From positions 42,793-106,792 of the forward strand of contig JAGWVF010000003.1 in the NCBI GenBank assembly GCA_018971045.1: a stretch of DNA of 64,000 nt. The letters run 5' to 3'. The DNA comes from Patescibacteria group bacterium (GTDB taxonomy: Bacteria > Patescibacteriota > Minisyncoccia > Phycocordibacterales > Phycocordibacteraceae). The translations under genes were made by a program, and so were the position numbers. The notes below the pieces were generated by a model that was given only the letters and a program-made list of their open reading frames with translations, had not been told where the DNA came from and did not search any database. Shown piece after piece: positions 38,640 to 49,034 of this stretch (position 1 is its first letter; every line of letters begins with the position of its first letter).

Positions 38640-39206
38640 TTAACGCTTGGAAGCAATAATATCAAATACGTGCCAAAACTTATCCGGGCCAGTTGCCGTG
38701 GGACGAATGCCTTTCTTTTCGAGAAGCTTGTGTATCACATAAGAAGAAAAAAGTGACTTGACTTGCTCTCTTGTATGGAAGCTCATATCTGTGCGCTTTG
38801 ACCATTCGTCCTCTGGACCAAATAACTGACCCACAAACACACCATCTTCTTTTAGGGAAGAGGTCATACTCGCAAATACATCTGCAAAAGTCTCGGGGTT
38901 ATTAAATGGTAACGAGTATCGCGCGTTTATCAAAATAAAATGATTGGGAGGAAATGGAAAATTATCGAACTTGGTTATTTCAAGATCAATAGGATCCCTG
39001 TCTTGAAGCAAATATTGCTTAACGTCTGGATTTGAATCCACAGCTGTAACTGTGTATCCAAGACTTGAAAGATAATAGGCTTCATTCAACGCTCCGGCTC
39101 CCAAATCGAGTACCGGACCGTCTCCTTGAACATACAATAACGCCTCGACCAATAATTTGCTTGGTTGATTATTTGCGGTTTTTGCGAGATATTCTTTCCA
39201 CACCAC
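38640..39206 (-). CDS. Class I SAM-dependent methyltransferase (TehB-like)
   Basis: VLDLGAG, VTAVD, G.FVGQLFG..DEW and K.WHVFDII motifs; the GTG start lies 7 nt after TAGAAT. Confidence 0.85.
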   Translation of the reverse strand: MVWKEYLAKTANNQPSKLLVEALLYVQGDGPVLDLGAGALNEAYYLSSLGYTVTAVDSNPDVKQYLLQDRDPIDLEITKFDNFPFPPNHFILINARYSLPFNNPETFADVFASMTSSLKEDGVFVGQLFGPEDEWSKRTDMSFHTREQVKSLFSSYVIHKLLEKKGIRPTATGPDKFWHVFDIIASKR

Positions 39207-39295
39207 TACTACAATTCTATCCGAAAATCGGAGCAAAAAGAAGCCCTCGCAACAAGCGAGGGCAATTACCTAAGACTCTCTGAAGAAATGTGTGT

Positions 39296-39730
39296 TCAGT
39301 TGTTCGTCACGGATGTCGGTCTTGAGTCAAGTTCATCCGGCGACCACCACGCACAGGATGACTGGGAGCAGCAATCGGCATTGAGATTTCCGAAGCGCTT
39401 CACATTCATCGCCGGATCGGGATTCGGCACATGATGCAAGAACTGGCCGAAATTTTCCTTGCAGAACGCCTCGTATTCGCGAGTGTGCAGGATATGGGCA
39501 TGCCATACCTCGTCACCATCAAGCGGCGGCAGAACGTACAGGTTGCGGTTCGCGCTGATGTAGGCCAGGTATTCCCGATATTCAGCGAGTGCCGCACCGA
39601 TACGCTCTTGCGACCAGTCTGGGTGGTCTTTCGCAACACGGACCGCCACAAAAGAAAGATCGGCGGACATGATGGCAGCTGCAGAACTTCTGGCGCTACT
39701 GATAGACGCCAATGAGATTTCGCTTTTCAT
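39296..39730 (-). CDS. GRDP-like domain protein with a Cys/Trp-rich tail
   Basis: EY..YL...P....DEVWH.HIL.T..Y..FC...G.FLHH.P motif. Confidence 0.7.
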   Translation of the reverse strand: MKSEISLASISSARSSAAAIMSADLSFVAVRVAKDHPDWSQERIGAALAEYREYLAYISANRNLYVLPPLDGDEVWHAHILHTREYEAFCKENFGQFLHHVPNPDPAMNVKRFGNLNADCCSQSSCAWWSPDELDSRPTSVTNN

Positions 39731-39920
39731 AACAAAGATCCTTTTCTAGCTAGAGTTGAAGAGAACGGTCTGGAGCACGTCTACTCCAGAGACAACAATA
39801 GCACAGAAGTTACCTATGAATCAACTGTACGGAAATCATTTTGCGCATAATTGCAACACGGAACTGAGCCGAATACGAGAATAGGAATCGAACTGGATAT
39901 ATGTTGTAAATGCTACGTAG

Positions 39921-39957
39921 CAGAAAAAGCGCTCTACGTATGTAGGCGCTTTTTCTG
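39921..39957 (-). terminator. Terminator hairpin downstream of tRNA-Met
   Basis: CAGAAAAAGCGC-T-CTAC-GTAT-GTAG-GCGCTTTTTCTG, with U-tracts on both strands. Confidence 0.75.
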
Positions 39958-39972
39958 GTGATTATGGGGACC

Positions 39973-40036
39973 GGTACAGTACCCGTTTTGACGGGCGTCG
40001 GTACTGGTTCCTGGCGTCACAACCGTGTTGCGGGGG
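39973..40036 (+). repeat. tRNA-proximal copy of the repeat (tRNA 3' end plus 55-nt trailer)
   Basis: GGTACAGTACCCGTTTTGACGGGCGTCGGTACTGGTTCCTGGCGTCACAACCGTGTTGCGGGGG; overlaps the tRNA at 40028-40036. Confidence 0.92.
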
Positions 40037-40098
40037 CCGGAATCGAACCGGCGTCTGGAGGTTATGAGCCTCCCGAGGTACCTCTCCTCTACCCCGCT
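40028..40098 (-). tRNA. tRNA-Met(CAT), initiator-type; CCA not encoded
   Basis: AGCGGGG TA GAGG AGAGGTA CCTC G GGAGG CTCATAA CCTCC AGAC GCCGG TTCGATT CCGGC CCCCGCA A; unpaired A1:A72 and A11:U24. Confidence 0.93.
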
Positions 40099-40128
40099 TT
40101 ATACGCCGCGGATTTCCGCAGCTTCTTC

Positions 40129-40156
40129 ATTATACACAGCGGCACCCTTGCGGCAA
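40129..40156 (-). promoter_or_regulatory. tRNA-Met promoter
   Basis: TTGCCG-16bp-TATAAT with an extended TG, 30 nt upstream of the tRNA. Confidence 0.6.
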
Positions 40157-40169
40157 CCTGAGACACACG

Positions 40170-40193
40170 GAGCGGCGACTGCAGTCGCCGCTC
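40170..40193. terminator. Hairpin after the small membrane-protein gene
   Basis: GAGCGGCGAC-TGCA-GTCGCCGCTC. Confidence 0.6.
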
Positions 40194-40198
40194 TTTTG

Positions 40199-40372
40199 TC
40201 ACGCCTCTTCAAGTTTCCTCCTTGATTTCTCCTCTTCCTGAATGGCTTTGTTCAACCGCTTCAGCGAATCGCAGAAGGGCGAGACACACAAGAGGATGAC
40301 GAATCCTAGAGCGATCACGAATGGCGCGAAACAAATCGCCATGACTAAACCGATATACTTGAGAGCCTTCAC
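40199..40372 (-). CDS. 57-aa single-pass membrane protein (missed by the ORF track)
   Basis: AAAGGAG SD 6 nt before GTG; MKALKYIGLVMAICFAPFVIALGFVILLCVSPFCDSLKRLNKAIQEEEKSRRKLEEA; promoter TTGACG-17-TACTGT at 40425-40453; hairpin after the stop. Confidence 0.7.
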   Translation of the reverse strand: MKALKYIGLVMAICFAPFVIALGFVILLCVSPFCDSLKRLNKAIQEEEKSRRKLEEA

Positions 40373-40471
40373 TACCGTCTCCTTTCAGGCGAATAGACAT
40401 GCGCTGTCATCAACGCATACGCGTACAGTACAATGGAGTCGCGAGCGCGTCAAAGGCGCGGCGGCTCGAGA

Positions 40472-41065
40472 TTATGAAACGACTTTAAACTCCCGAAAGA
40501 CGGTCTCGTAGCGGGCGATCGTGCGTCGCGCGAGCTGTTCGGTAAGGTCGAACCGCGATCCCTCGTGCGCGATCTGGTTACGTACCTTATGCGCCTCCCA
40601 GGCGTCTTGGATCGAGCTGAAGTTCACGTGATCCGCGTTCTTGAGCTTGTCGCTTACGCTCTCGCCCGCATAGCCCGCGCGAGTGAGCGTCTCGTCGAGA
40701 AGGATATCGGCCTCGATGATCGCTTCGCGCCACTCGCTCGGACTCGAGCCCTCGGAGAGTTCCTTGATGTGCTCCCATCGCGGGTGGCCGCCGGCCTCGG
40801 CATCGGGCGCTAAGATAACGGTGCCGTAATATTCCTCTTCGCGCTTTCGCAATTCGAAGATCCGGACGGTCGAATAGATAATCATAAAAAGCCCGATGAT
40901 CGAGAGCGCGTATCCGATATAAATAATCCACATCCAGATCTGCGCGAGAAGCGCGAGAAGCGGCGCGAGGTTTGGCGAGCCGTAACAGCCGCCGTGCATG
41001 CAGTCATACAGCAGGCGGAAAAAGTACTCGACGTTCGCCTGTTCAGCCGTCGTTCCAGAATTCAT
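40472..41065 (-). CDS. Conserved membrane-anchored hypothetical protein (CPR-type)
   Basis: TM helix, then W..AIIEAD.LLD..L...GY.G....+LK...AWEAHKVRN.IAH. Confidence 0.8.
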   Translation of the reverse strand: MNSGTTAEQANVEYFFRLLYDCMHGGCYGSPNLAPLLALLAQIWMWIIYIGYALSIIGLFMIIYSTVRIFELRKREEEYYGTVILAPDAEAGGHPRWEHIKELSEGSSPSEWREAIIEADILLDETLTRAGYAGESVSDKLKNADHVNFSSIQDAWEAHKVRNQIAHEGSRFDLTEQLARRTIARYETVFREFKVVS

Positions 41066-41088
41066 CGTATCCAGTATAATCGATAGAT

Positions 41089-42537
41089 CTACGCCGTGCG
41101 GAGTTTCTCAACTGCCGCACCCGCCGTAAAGAGCCTCTCTTCAGCCTGATGCGGCACCGTGAAGTGAATGCCGATCGGAAGCGGCTTCCCTTCCCGTGGA
41201 AGGGTGCCCATGGGAACCGAGATCGCCGGCATCCCCGTGAGATTGGCCGTAACGGTAAACACGTCTTCAAGATAGAGCGAGAGCGGATCGGCCTTCGCTC
41301 CGATCGTGAATGCGGGCGTCGGCATCGTCGGCGTCGCGATAATATCAACCGACTCGAAGGCCTGTTCGTATTCGCGGCGCAGAGCGGCCCGCGCGGCGTG
41401 CGCCTTGCGGTAATACGCGTCAATGTATCCCGACGAGAGGACGAAGGTACCGAGCACGATGCGCCGCTTCGTCTCTCTGCCGAACCCTTCGGTGCGCGAG
41501 CGCAGATAATCGTCAAGCAGCGTCTCTCCGCGCACGGAGCGTCCGTAGCGGATACCGTCGAAGCGCGCGAGATTGGCCGACACTTCGGCGAAATTGATGA
41601 TGTAGTAAGCGGCGAGCGCCGGCTTCGCCGACGGGATATCAATGTCCTTGACGGCGTATCCGAGCGATTGGATCGTCGTCCGAAATCGCTCGAGCATGTC
41701 CGCGTCGATGCCTTCTGCGAGAAATCTCGCGGGAATACCAACGGTCTTGATTCCCTCCGATCGTCTCGGATAGAGTTCATCGGGGATGCTCGTCGAATCC
41801 ATCGGGTCGCGTCCGCGGATCGCGTCAAGAAGAATGCGCGCATCGGCGACGCTCTTCGCGATCGGTCCGACTTGATCAAAGGATGACGCGGCGGCGATAA
41901 CGCCCGATCGGGAGACTGCGCCATAGGTCGGCTTCAAACCGACGACGCCGCAGAAGCTCGCCGGATTGCGAACCGAACCGCCGGTGTCGGTGCCGAGTCC
42001 CGCGATCGCCATATGCGCCGAGACGGCCGCCGCCGAGCCTCCCGAGGTCCCGCCCGCTACCCGCGTCACGTCATGCGGGTTCTTCGTGACGCCGAAGGCG
42101 GAATGTTCGGTCGATCCGCCGAGCGCGAATTCGTCCATATTCGTGCGTCCGACAAAGAGCGCGCCTGCCTGCCTCAATTTCCGGATAACCGTCGCGTCGT
42201 AGGTCGCCCGATAATTCTCGAGCATCCTGGAGGCCGCGCTCGCGATCTTCCCGTCTATTAAAATATTGTCTTTGACGGCGAGCGGAATGCCGCAGAGGAG
42301 CGGCGCGTCCGCGCCTTCGGTGTCGATGCGCCGCTGTGCCGCGGCGATGGCCGCTTCATCGGCGTCAAAAATCTCAAGAAAAGCGTGAAGTAACGGATTC
42401 TTCTCCTGCGCGGCCGCCGCGCACGCGTCCCAGAGCTCGCGCACCGTCACTTCGCGCGCGCGGAGCAAGCGCGCCGCTTCAGCGATCGTGAGTTCATTCG
42501 GCCGGAGGTTTCGAGTTTTTTCTGGGAAATCAGTCAT
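41089..42537 (-). CDS. gatA: Asp/Glu-tRNA amidotransferase subunit A
   Basis: GIPLAVKDNI, TNMDEF, GGTSGGSAAAV, GTDTGGSVR, RFDGIRYG and RRIVLG motifs. Confidence 0.96.
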   Translation of the reverse strand: MTDFPEKTRNLRPNELTIAEAARLLRAREVTVRELWDACAAAAQEKNPLLHAFLEIFDADEAAIAAAQRRIDTEGADAPLLCGIPLAVKDNILIDGKIASAASRMLENYRATYDATVIRKLRQAGALFVGRTNMDEFALGGSTEHSAFGVTKNPHDVTRVAGGTSGGSAAAVSAHMAIAGLGTDTGGSVRNPASFCGVVGLKPTYGAVSRSGVIAAASSFDQVGPIAKSVADARILLDAIRGRDPMDSTSIPDELYPRRSEGIKTVGIPARFLAEGIDADMLERFRTTIQSLGYAVKDIDIPSAKPALAAYYIINFAEVSANLARFDGIRYGRSVRGETLLDDYLRSRTEGFGRETKRRIVLGTFVLSSGYIDAYYRKAHAARAALRREYEQAFESVDIIATPTMPTPAFTIGAKADPLSLYLEDVFTVTANLTGMPAISVPMGTLPREGKPLPIGIHFTVPHQAEERLFTAGAAVEKLRTA

Positions 42538-42823
42538 GGGAAATGATCTGCTTTACCGAAAGAGCATCTCCCTTGCGCGCCGGAAATTGTTCGGCGATTT
42601 TTTCCGTATACGCCCTCGCCTCGTGCGGACGCTCGTCATCGCGCAGCACGTTATAGAGCGCCGGCTTCTCAGCGCGCCCGTCAAGCGCTATCTCAAGCGA
42701 CTCGAGCTGTCCGACATACGCCACGATCGCGTCGAATTCACGAGTAAACGCTTCCAGTTCGGCTTCGTCGACTGAGATCCGCGCGAGAGCCGCGAGCTTC
42801 TTCACCTCTTCTTTCGTCGCCAT
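42530..42823 (-). CDS. gatC: Asp/Glu-tRNA amidotransferase subunit C
   Basis: EEV.KLA.LAR, I..YV.QL and NVLRDD; directly upstream of gatA. Confidence 0.93.
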   Translation of the reverse strand: MATKEEVKKLAALARISVDEAELEAFTREFDAIVAYVGQLESLEIALDGRAEKPALYNVLRDDERPHEARAYTEKIAEQFPARKGDALSVKQIISHD

Positions 42824-42835
42824 GGCTAGACTGTA

Positions 42836-45358
<2,523 letters not shown>

Positions 45359-45368
<10 letters not shown>

Positions 45369-45937
45369 GGCGTGAGATGATCGCTCGTGGTTACGGAATA
45401 GGGCGATCCGTGAAAATTCCACGTTACGGTTGACGTAATAAGCTCATCGGTCGGCGTCACCGCGGCCGCCTGAATCGATCGGGTAAAGAACGGCTGGACG
45501 TCCGCAATAATTTTTTGCGTGTAGACTTGTGTGTCTGGATCCAAATACAAGGGACCGCAGGGCTGGTTCAAGCCACAACTGGCAATTTGCTGTGCCAGAG
45601 GAGCTTCCGGATCAAGGGTACACATTCCTGGACTGATACACGGCTCGATCGAGTTCGGATCGCCGAGCCCGCCTGTAAGGAAACCGGAATTTCCGTTGTT
45701 ACTCCACGCGTCCGCGGACGCGTTCGGATTTCCCGATACGTACTGCCTCAGGTATTCATTATCGCGCATCATGCGCACGTACTCGATGCCCTCTTGGGCG
45801 AGATACGACGCGACAAGCTGATTCTTCGCGTTACTCGCGACGATCATACTGCGGCTCGCGGTATAGAGTGGCGCGCTGATCGCGATCGCGATAATCGCCA
45901 CCGCGACGAGAGCTTCGATGAGAGTAAATCCTTTCAT
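45359..45937 (-). CDS. PilV-like minor pilin
   Basis: KG|FTLIEALVA and A.YLAQEGIE.VR. Confidence 0.85.
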
Positions 45938-45944
45938 ACGCTCA

Positions 45945-46496
45945 TTATAGGTCAGAACCGCGCATCGCCGCCGACGTCTCGAGATAGAGAGTCAATGGCG
46001 GAGTCGAAGGGCCGGTCGACACGCTGCCCTTGATAAGGATAAGAACATAGGGCTGTCGGGCATCGCGCGATGCCGCCGGAGCCGTACCGGATACGTAGAA
46101 CGTGAGCGATTTCACATCGACGGTCGTCGTATCAGTCAGCGGATTGCCGTTCTGCGTGATATATCCAATGCCATTAGCAACGGTTCTTCCAAAGGTAACG
46201 TCCTGTCCGACGCCGCCAATGAAGCTGTGAACCTTGAATACGGTGCCCGATGGGTTGTTGCAATCTCCGACTCCGTTACAAGAATACTGGGTTCCGCTAC
46301 GGATCGTGCGCGTCATCGTCTCAAGCGCGAAGGAGAGATTATCAATGCCGACTGCCTCCGCCTGGGCCTGACGATTCAAGTTAATCATGATGAGATACGC
46401 GCCTGCGGCGAGCAGAAGCACGATGGCGAAGAGCCCGAGCGAGACGATGAGCTCGACCAGCGTGAACCCCTTCGATTTTCGTGAGGCTATTGACAT
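45945..46496 (-). CDS. PilW-like minor pilin
   Basis: KG|FTLVELIVS and LETMTR.IR. Confidence 0.85.
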   Translation of the reverse strand: MSIASRKSKGFTLVELIVSLGLFAIVLLLAAGAYLIMINLNRQAQAEAVGIDNLSFALETMTRTIRSGTQYSCNGVGDCNNPSGTVFKVHSFIGGVGQDVTFGRTVANGIGYITQNGNPLTDTTTVDVKSLTFYVSGTAPAASRDARQPYVLILIKGSVSTGPSTPPLTLYLETSAAMRGSDL

Positions 46497-47128
46497 ATGT
46501 TGTTAGGCGCGGTATAATTAACATTAATAAGTCCGGAAGCGCTCACCTTAATATACCGGCTATTCCCTTGCGGCGCCGTAAGCCTCAAACACGCGGAAGT
46601 ATCCTTGTGCGACGTATCGCCATTCACCACAACCGTCGTGACCATATTCGGCCGCGCGAACGAGATGTCGAGCGTATTAACGGCATCCGTACTGCATTGA
46701 CCGGAATCGGTGTCGCAGAACTTGTCTATGGTGATATTGTTCCCGAGCGTGTAGGTTTGATACCTCACATCCGCTCCGTCAGTGTACGCGCCGTCTCCCG
46801 GCCTACAGGTGGGCAGGCTCCCAGCGTTGCACGACTGACCTCCCGCCGTATCGGCAAAGATGAAAAAGGTGCTTGTATTTCCATTTCCTCTAACAAAATG
46901 AAGGCCGAAGGCGACGTTCGGATTCGAGCTGGCGAATCGGCTGCTGATCCCGAACCCCTCCGCCGAACGAATCGTGAGCGCCACGTCGTAGGCGGTGTTG
47001 GCGAGTATCAGCGTCTTATTAAACGTGCCCTGATTCACCATCGCGATGACGGTGATGATGCCGATGATCCCCAGCACCACCAGAAGTTCGATCAGCGAAT
47101 AGCCGCGACGAAGAGAAAGGGATTCCAT
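46487..47128 (-). CDS. FimT/FimU-like minor pilin
   Basis: RG|YSLIELLVV and IRSAE. Confidence 0.85.
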   Translation of the reverse strand: MESLSLRRGYSLIELLVVLGIIGIITVIAMVNQGTFNKTLILANTAYDVALTIRSAEGFGISSRFASSNPNVAFGLHFVRGNGNTSTFFIFADTAGGQSCNAGSLPTCRPGDGAYTDGADVRYQTYTLGNNITIDKFCDTDSGQCSTDAVNTLDISFARPNMVTTVVVNGDTSHKDTSACLRLTAPQGNSRYIKVSASGLINVNYTAPNNICQ

Positions 47129-47856
47129 TGGGTGAAATAGGCGAGGAGGAAGCCGGCCGCGAGAAAGGGCGCGAAAGGAACCTCAACTCCCATTCTAGAT
47201 CCTCGAGGCCTCCTCGCCAAGATCGCGATACCAACAGCCGCTCCGATCCAAAACGAGAAGAGGAAGCCCGCGGCGGCGGCCGGTCCGACCAGGAGCGCAC
47301 AGCCGAGAACAAACGGCGCATCCGCGAAGCCCATCGCCCGCCCTCGCGAGAAAAAATGGATGCTTCCGATAAATAACGCGAGGAAGGAGGCGATCTCGAT
47401 AGCCGTGATAAAGTCTTCCAACGACGGCGTGAGCATCCAGCCGGCCGCGGCGCTCGCCGCCACGAAGAACCAGAGCGGCAGGGTCGGCAGAATCTGGTGC
47501 CTGCCGTCATAGAGCACCAAGAGCGCCATGAGAGATAAAGCGATTAAAAAGAACGGGAGCGCAGGCGAGAGGCCGATCCGCAAATAGGAAAGAAGGAAGA
47601 GTCCTCCAAGTAAAATCTCGGAAAACGGGGCGTAGAAAGACATTAAGGCTCCGCAACAGCCCGCCCGCCCGCCCGCGGCAATAAAGGAGACTATCGGCAC
47701 CAGCGAGCGGGGCGGCAATATCGCCGAGCACGCGTCGCAACGGGATCGCCCATATACAAAGCTCTGGCCGGTATGCATCCGCGCCGCAACGACGCCGATG
47801 AAGCTCGCCGCAACAGCGCCGAGAAGAAAGAATACCGCGGCGAGGAGGCCAGTCAT
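47092..47856 (-). CDS. pilD: Prepilin peptidase
   Basis: RSRC..C, LVPI.S, YD, MG.AD and VPFAPFL motifs. Confidence 0.92.
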   Translation of the reverse strand: MTGLLAAVFFLLGAVAASFIGVVAARMHTGQSFVYGRSRCDACSAILPPRSLVPIVSFIAAGGRAGCCGALMSFYAPFSEILLGGLFLLSYLRIGLSPALPFFLIALSLMALLVLYDGRHQILPTLPLWFFVAASAAAGWMLTPSLEDFITAIEIASFLALFIGSIHFFSRGRAMGFADAPFVLGCALLVGPAAAAGFLFSFWIGAAVGIAILARRPRGSRMGVEVPFAPFLAAGFLLAYFTQWNPFLFVAAIR

Positions 47857-47900
47857 CTCTCAATCATAGCAGACCTTCTCGGCAAAACCGCCCGCGCTCA

Positions 47901-48401
47901 TTAATTAGTCGAATCGCACGCCCCGCACGAGGCTCCGACAAGCAAATTTGAATTTACGCCGCAGTTATGATTCTCACTGTCAACGCACCAATAGGTCGAG
48001 GGCGGCGCCGGATTTATCGGGCGAGTAACCGCTACGGAAAATCCGGTATCATTAGCAAGACACATCGCGGTACCTCCTCCAGAATCAACCACTGCGGCCG
48101 CGATGGCATTCTCGATCGTACTGTCATAAACTACGCTCGGTCCTTGGGCTCCGGGCAACGGACACTGCAGGGGAATCCCGTTCCCGTCTCCGAACGTTCC
48201 GAATGAACTGCCGTTGTCCGAATAATAAATCGCTCCCTGCGTCTGCACCGAGTGCAGATTTGATTTAATGCCGGCGTCGCTCCCCTTCCCTCGAGCGGAA
48301 TTAAGAGATGCGAGCACGACTGCCGCAAGGATGCCGATAATCGCGATCACGACCAGAAGTTCGATGAGCGTAAAGCCTCGATGGAAGAGAGTCCTTCTCA
48401 T
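47901..48401 (-). CDS. Type IV pilin
   Basis: RG|FTLIELLVVIAIIGIL..VVLASL..AR and YWCVDS. Confidence 0.92.
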   Translation of the reverse strand: MRRTLFHRGFTLIELLVVIAIIGILAAVVLASLNSARGKGSDAGIKSNLHSVQTQGAIYYSDNGSSFGTFGDGNGIPLQCPLPGAQGPSVVYDSTIENAIAAAVVDSGGGTAMCLANDTGFSVAVTRPINPAPPSTYWCVDSENHNCGVNSNLLVGASCGACDSTN

Positions 48402-48442
48402 ATGCCGTGGATTATATCATCCCCCTACGGGGGGGAGATCGC

Positions 48443-48937
48443 TTACGAACATCTGATATTGTTCTGAAAAAGGCTCGGATCACCGCTGTAGACGCCGGAA
48501 AATCCGGTCGAGTCGATGCACCAGTAGGTCCCGTCTGAAAGCTTCGCCGCGACGACATACGCAGGCTTGGGCGCTAGTGCACTGTAACAATACATCTGGC
48601 CAACAGTCGGGCCGGAGATATTCGAGACCGCCGTAAGCGCATTCGCTATCGTGGGGTCTTTAAAAAGCGAATTATTGGCCGGACCGCCCCCTTGAACGAG
48701 AACGCACTTCCCCACCATCGACGAGCTCCCGTAGGTGTTGGCATATTGCCCGATAGCAGAGCTGGAAAAGACCTCTGCCTGTATGCGAATAGTAGCCAAA
48801 TTCGCTTTAATAGCCGTATCGTTCGCTCGCGAGCGGGCGACACTAAGAGAAGCGAGAACAATGGCAGAAAAAACACCGATGATCGCGATGACCACTAGAA
48901 GTTCAATGAGGGAGAACCCGCGTGGTGATGATTTCAT
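48443..48937 (-). CDS. Type IV pilin
   Basis: RG|FSLIELLVVIAIIG and YWCIDS; start reassigned to MKSSPRG. Confidence 0.92.
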   Translation of the reverse strand: MKSSPRGFSLIELLVVIAIIGVFSAIVLASLSVARSRANDTAIKANLATIRIQAEVFSSSAIGQYANTYGSSSMVGKCVLVQGGGPANNSLFKDPTIANALTAVSNISGPTVGQMYCYSALAPKPAYVVAAKLSDGTYWCIDSTGFSGVYSGDPSLFQNNIRCS

Positions 48938-48978
48938 AATGCTTCTACTATACCCTGTTGACGCCACGCACTATATAG

Positions 48979-49006
48979 AAAGAAGTCCCCAGATGGGGAC
49001 TTCTTT
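48979..49006 (-). terminator. Terminator after the first pilin
   Basis: AAAGAAGTCCCC-AGAT-GGGGACTTCTTT. Confidence 0.8.
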
Positions 49007-49034
49007 GGGAAACCGTAAATGAGATGAGGTGGTA

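Noticed and set aside
39840-39911. dif/Xer site (TTTGCGCATAA resembles a XerC arm)
   Set aside because: No XerD arm follows at 6-bp spacing; the TATGTTGTAAAT look-alike is about 50 bp away.
32301-40036. Repeats as a CRISPR array
   Set aside because: The spacing is kilobases with whole genes between copies, the unit is ~60 bp, and there are no cas genes.
32301-40036. Repeats as classical integron attC sites
   Set aside because: There are no RYYYAAC...GTTRRRY ends enclosing the palindrome, no intI, the blocks hold several genes in mixed orientation, and the repeat overlaps a tRNA.
40025-40225. 66-aa ORF MLRGPESNRR...
   Set aside because: It is the antisense reading of the tRNA-Met gene.
40209-40400. 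63-aa ORF from the track
   Set aside because: The overlapping frame 40199-40372 has the SD, a TM helix and better terminator placement.
47901-48937. Silent pilS-type cassettes or a shufflon
   Set aside because: Both pilins have complete prepilin leaders and their own -10 elements; there is no invertase or inverted sfx-like site.
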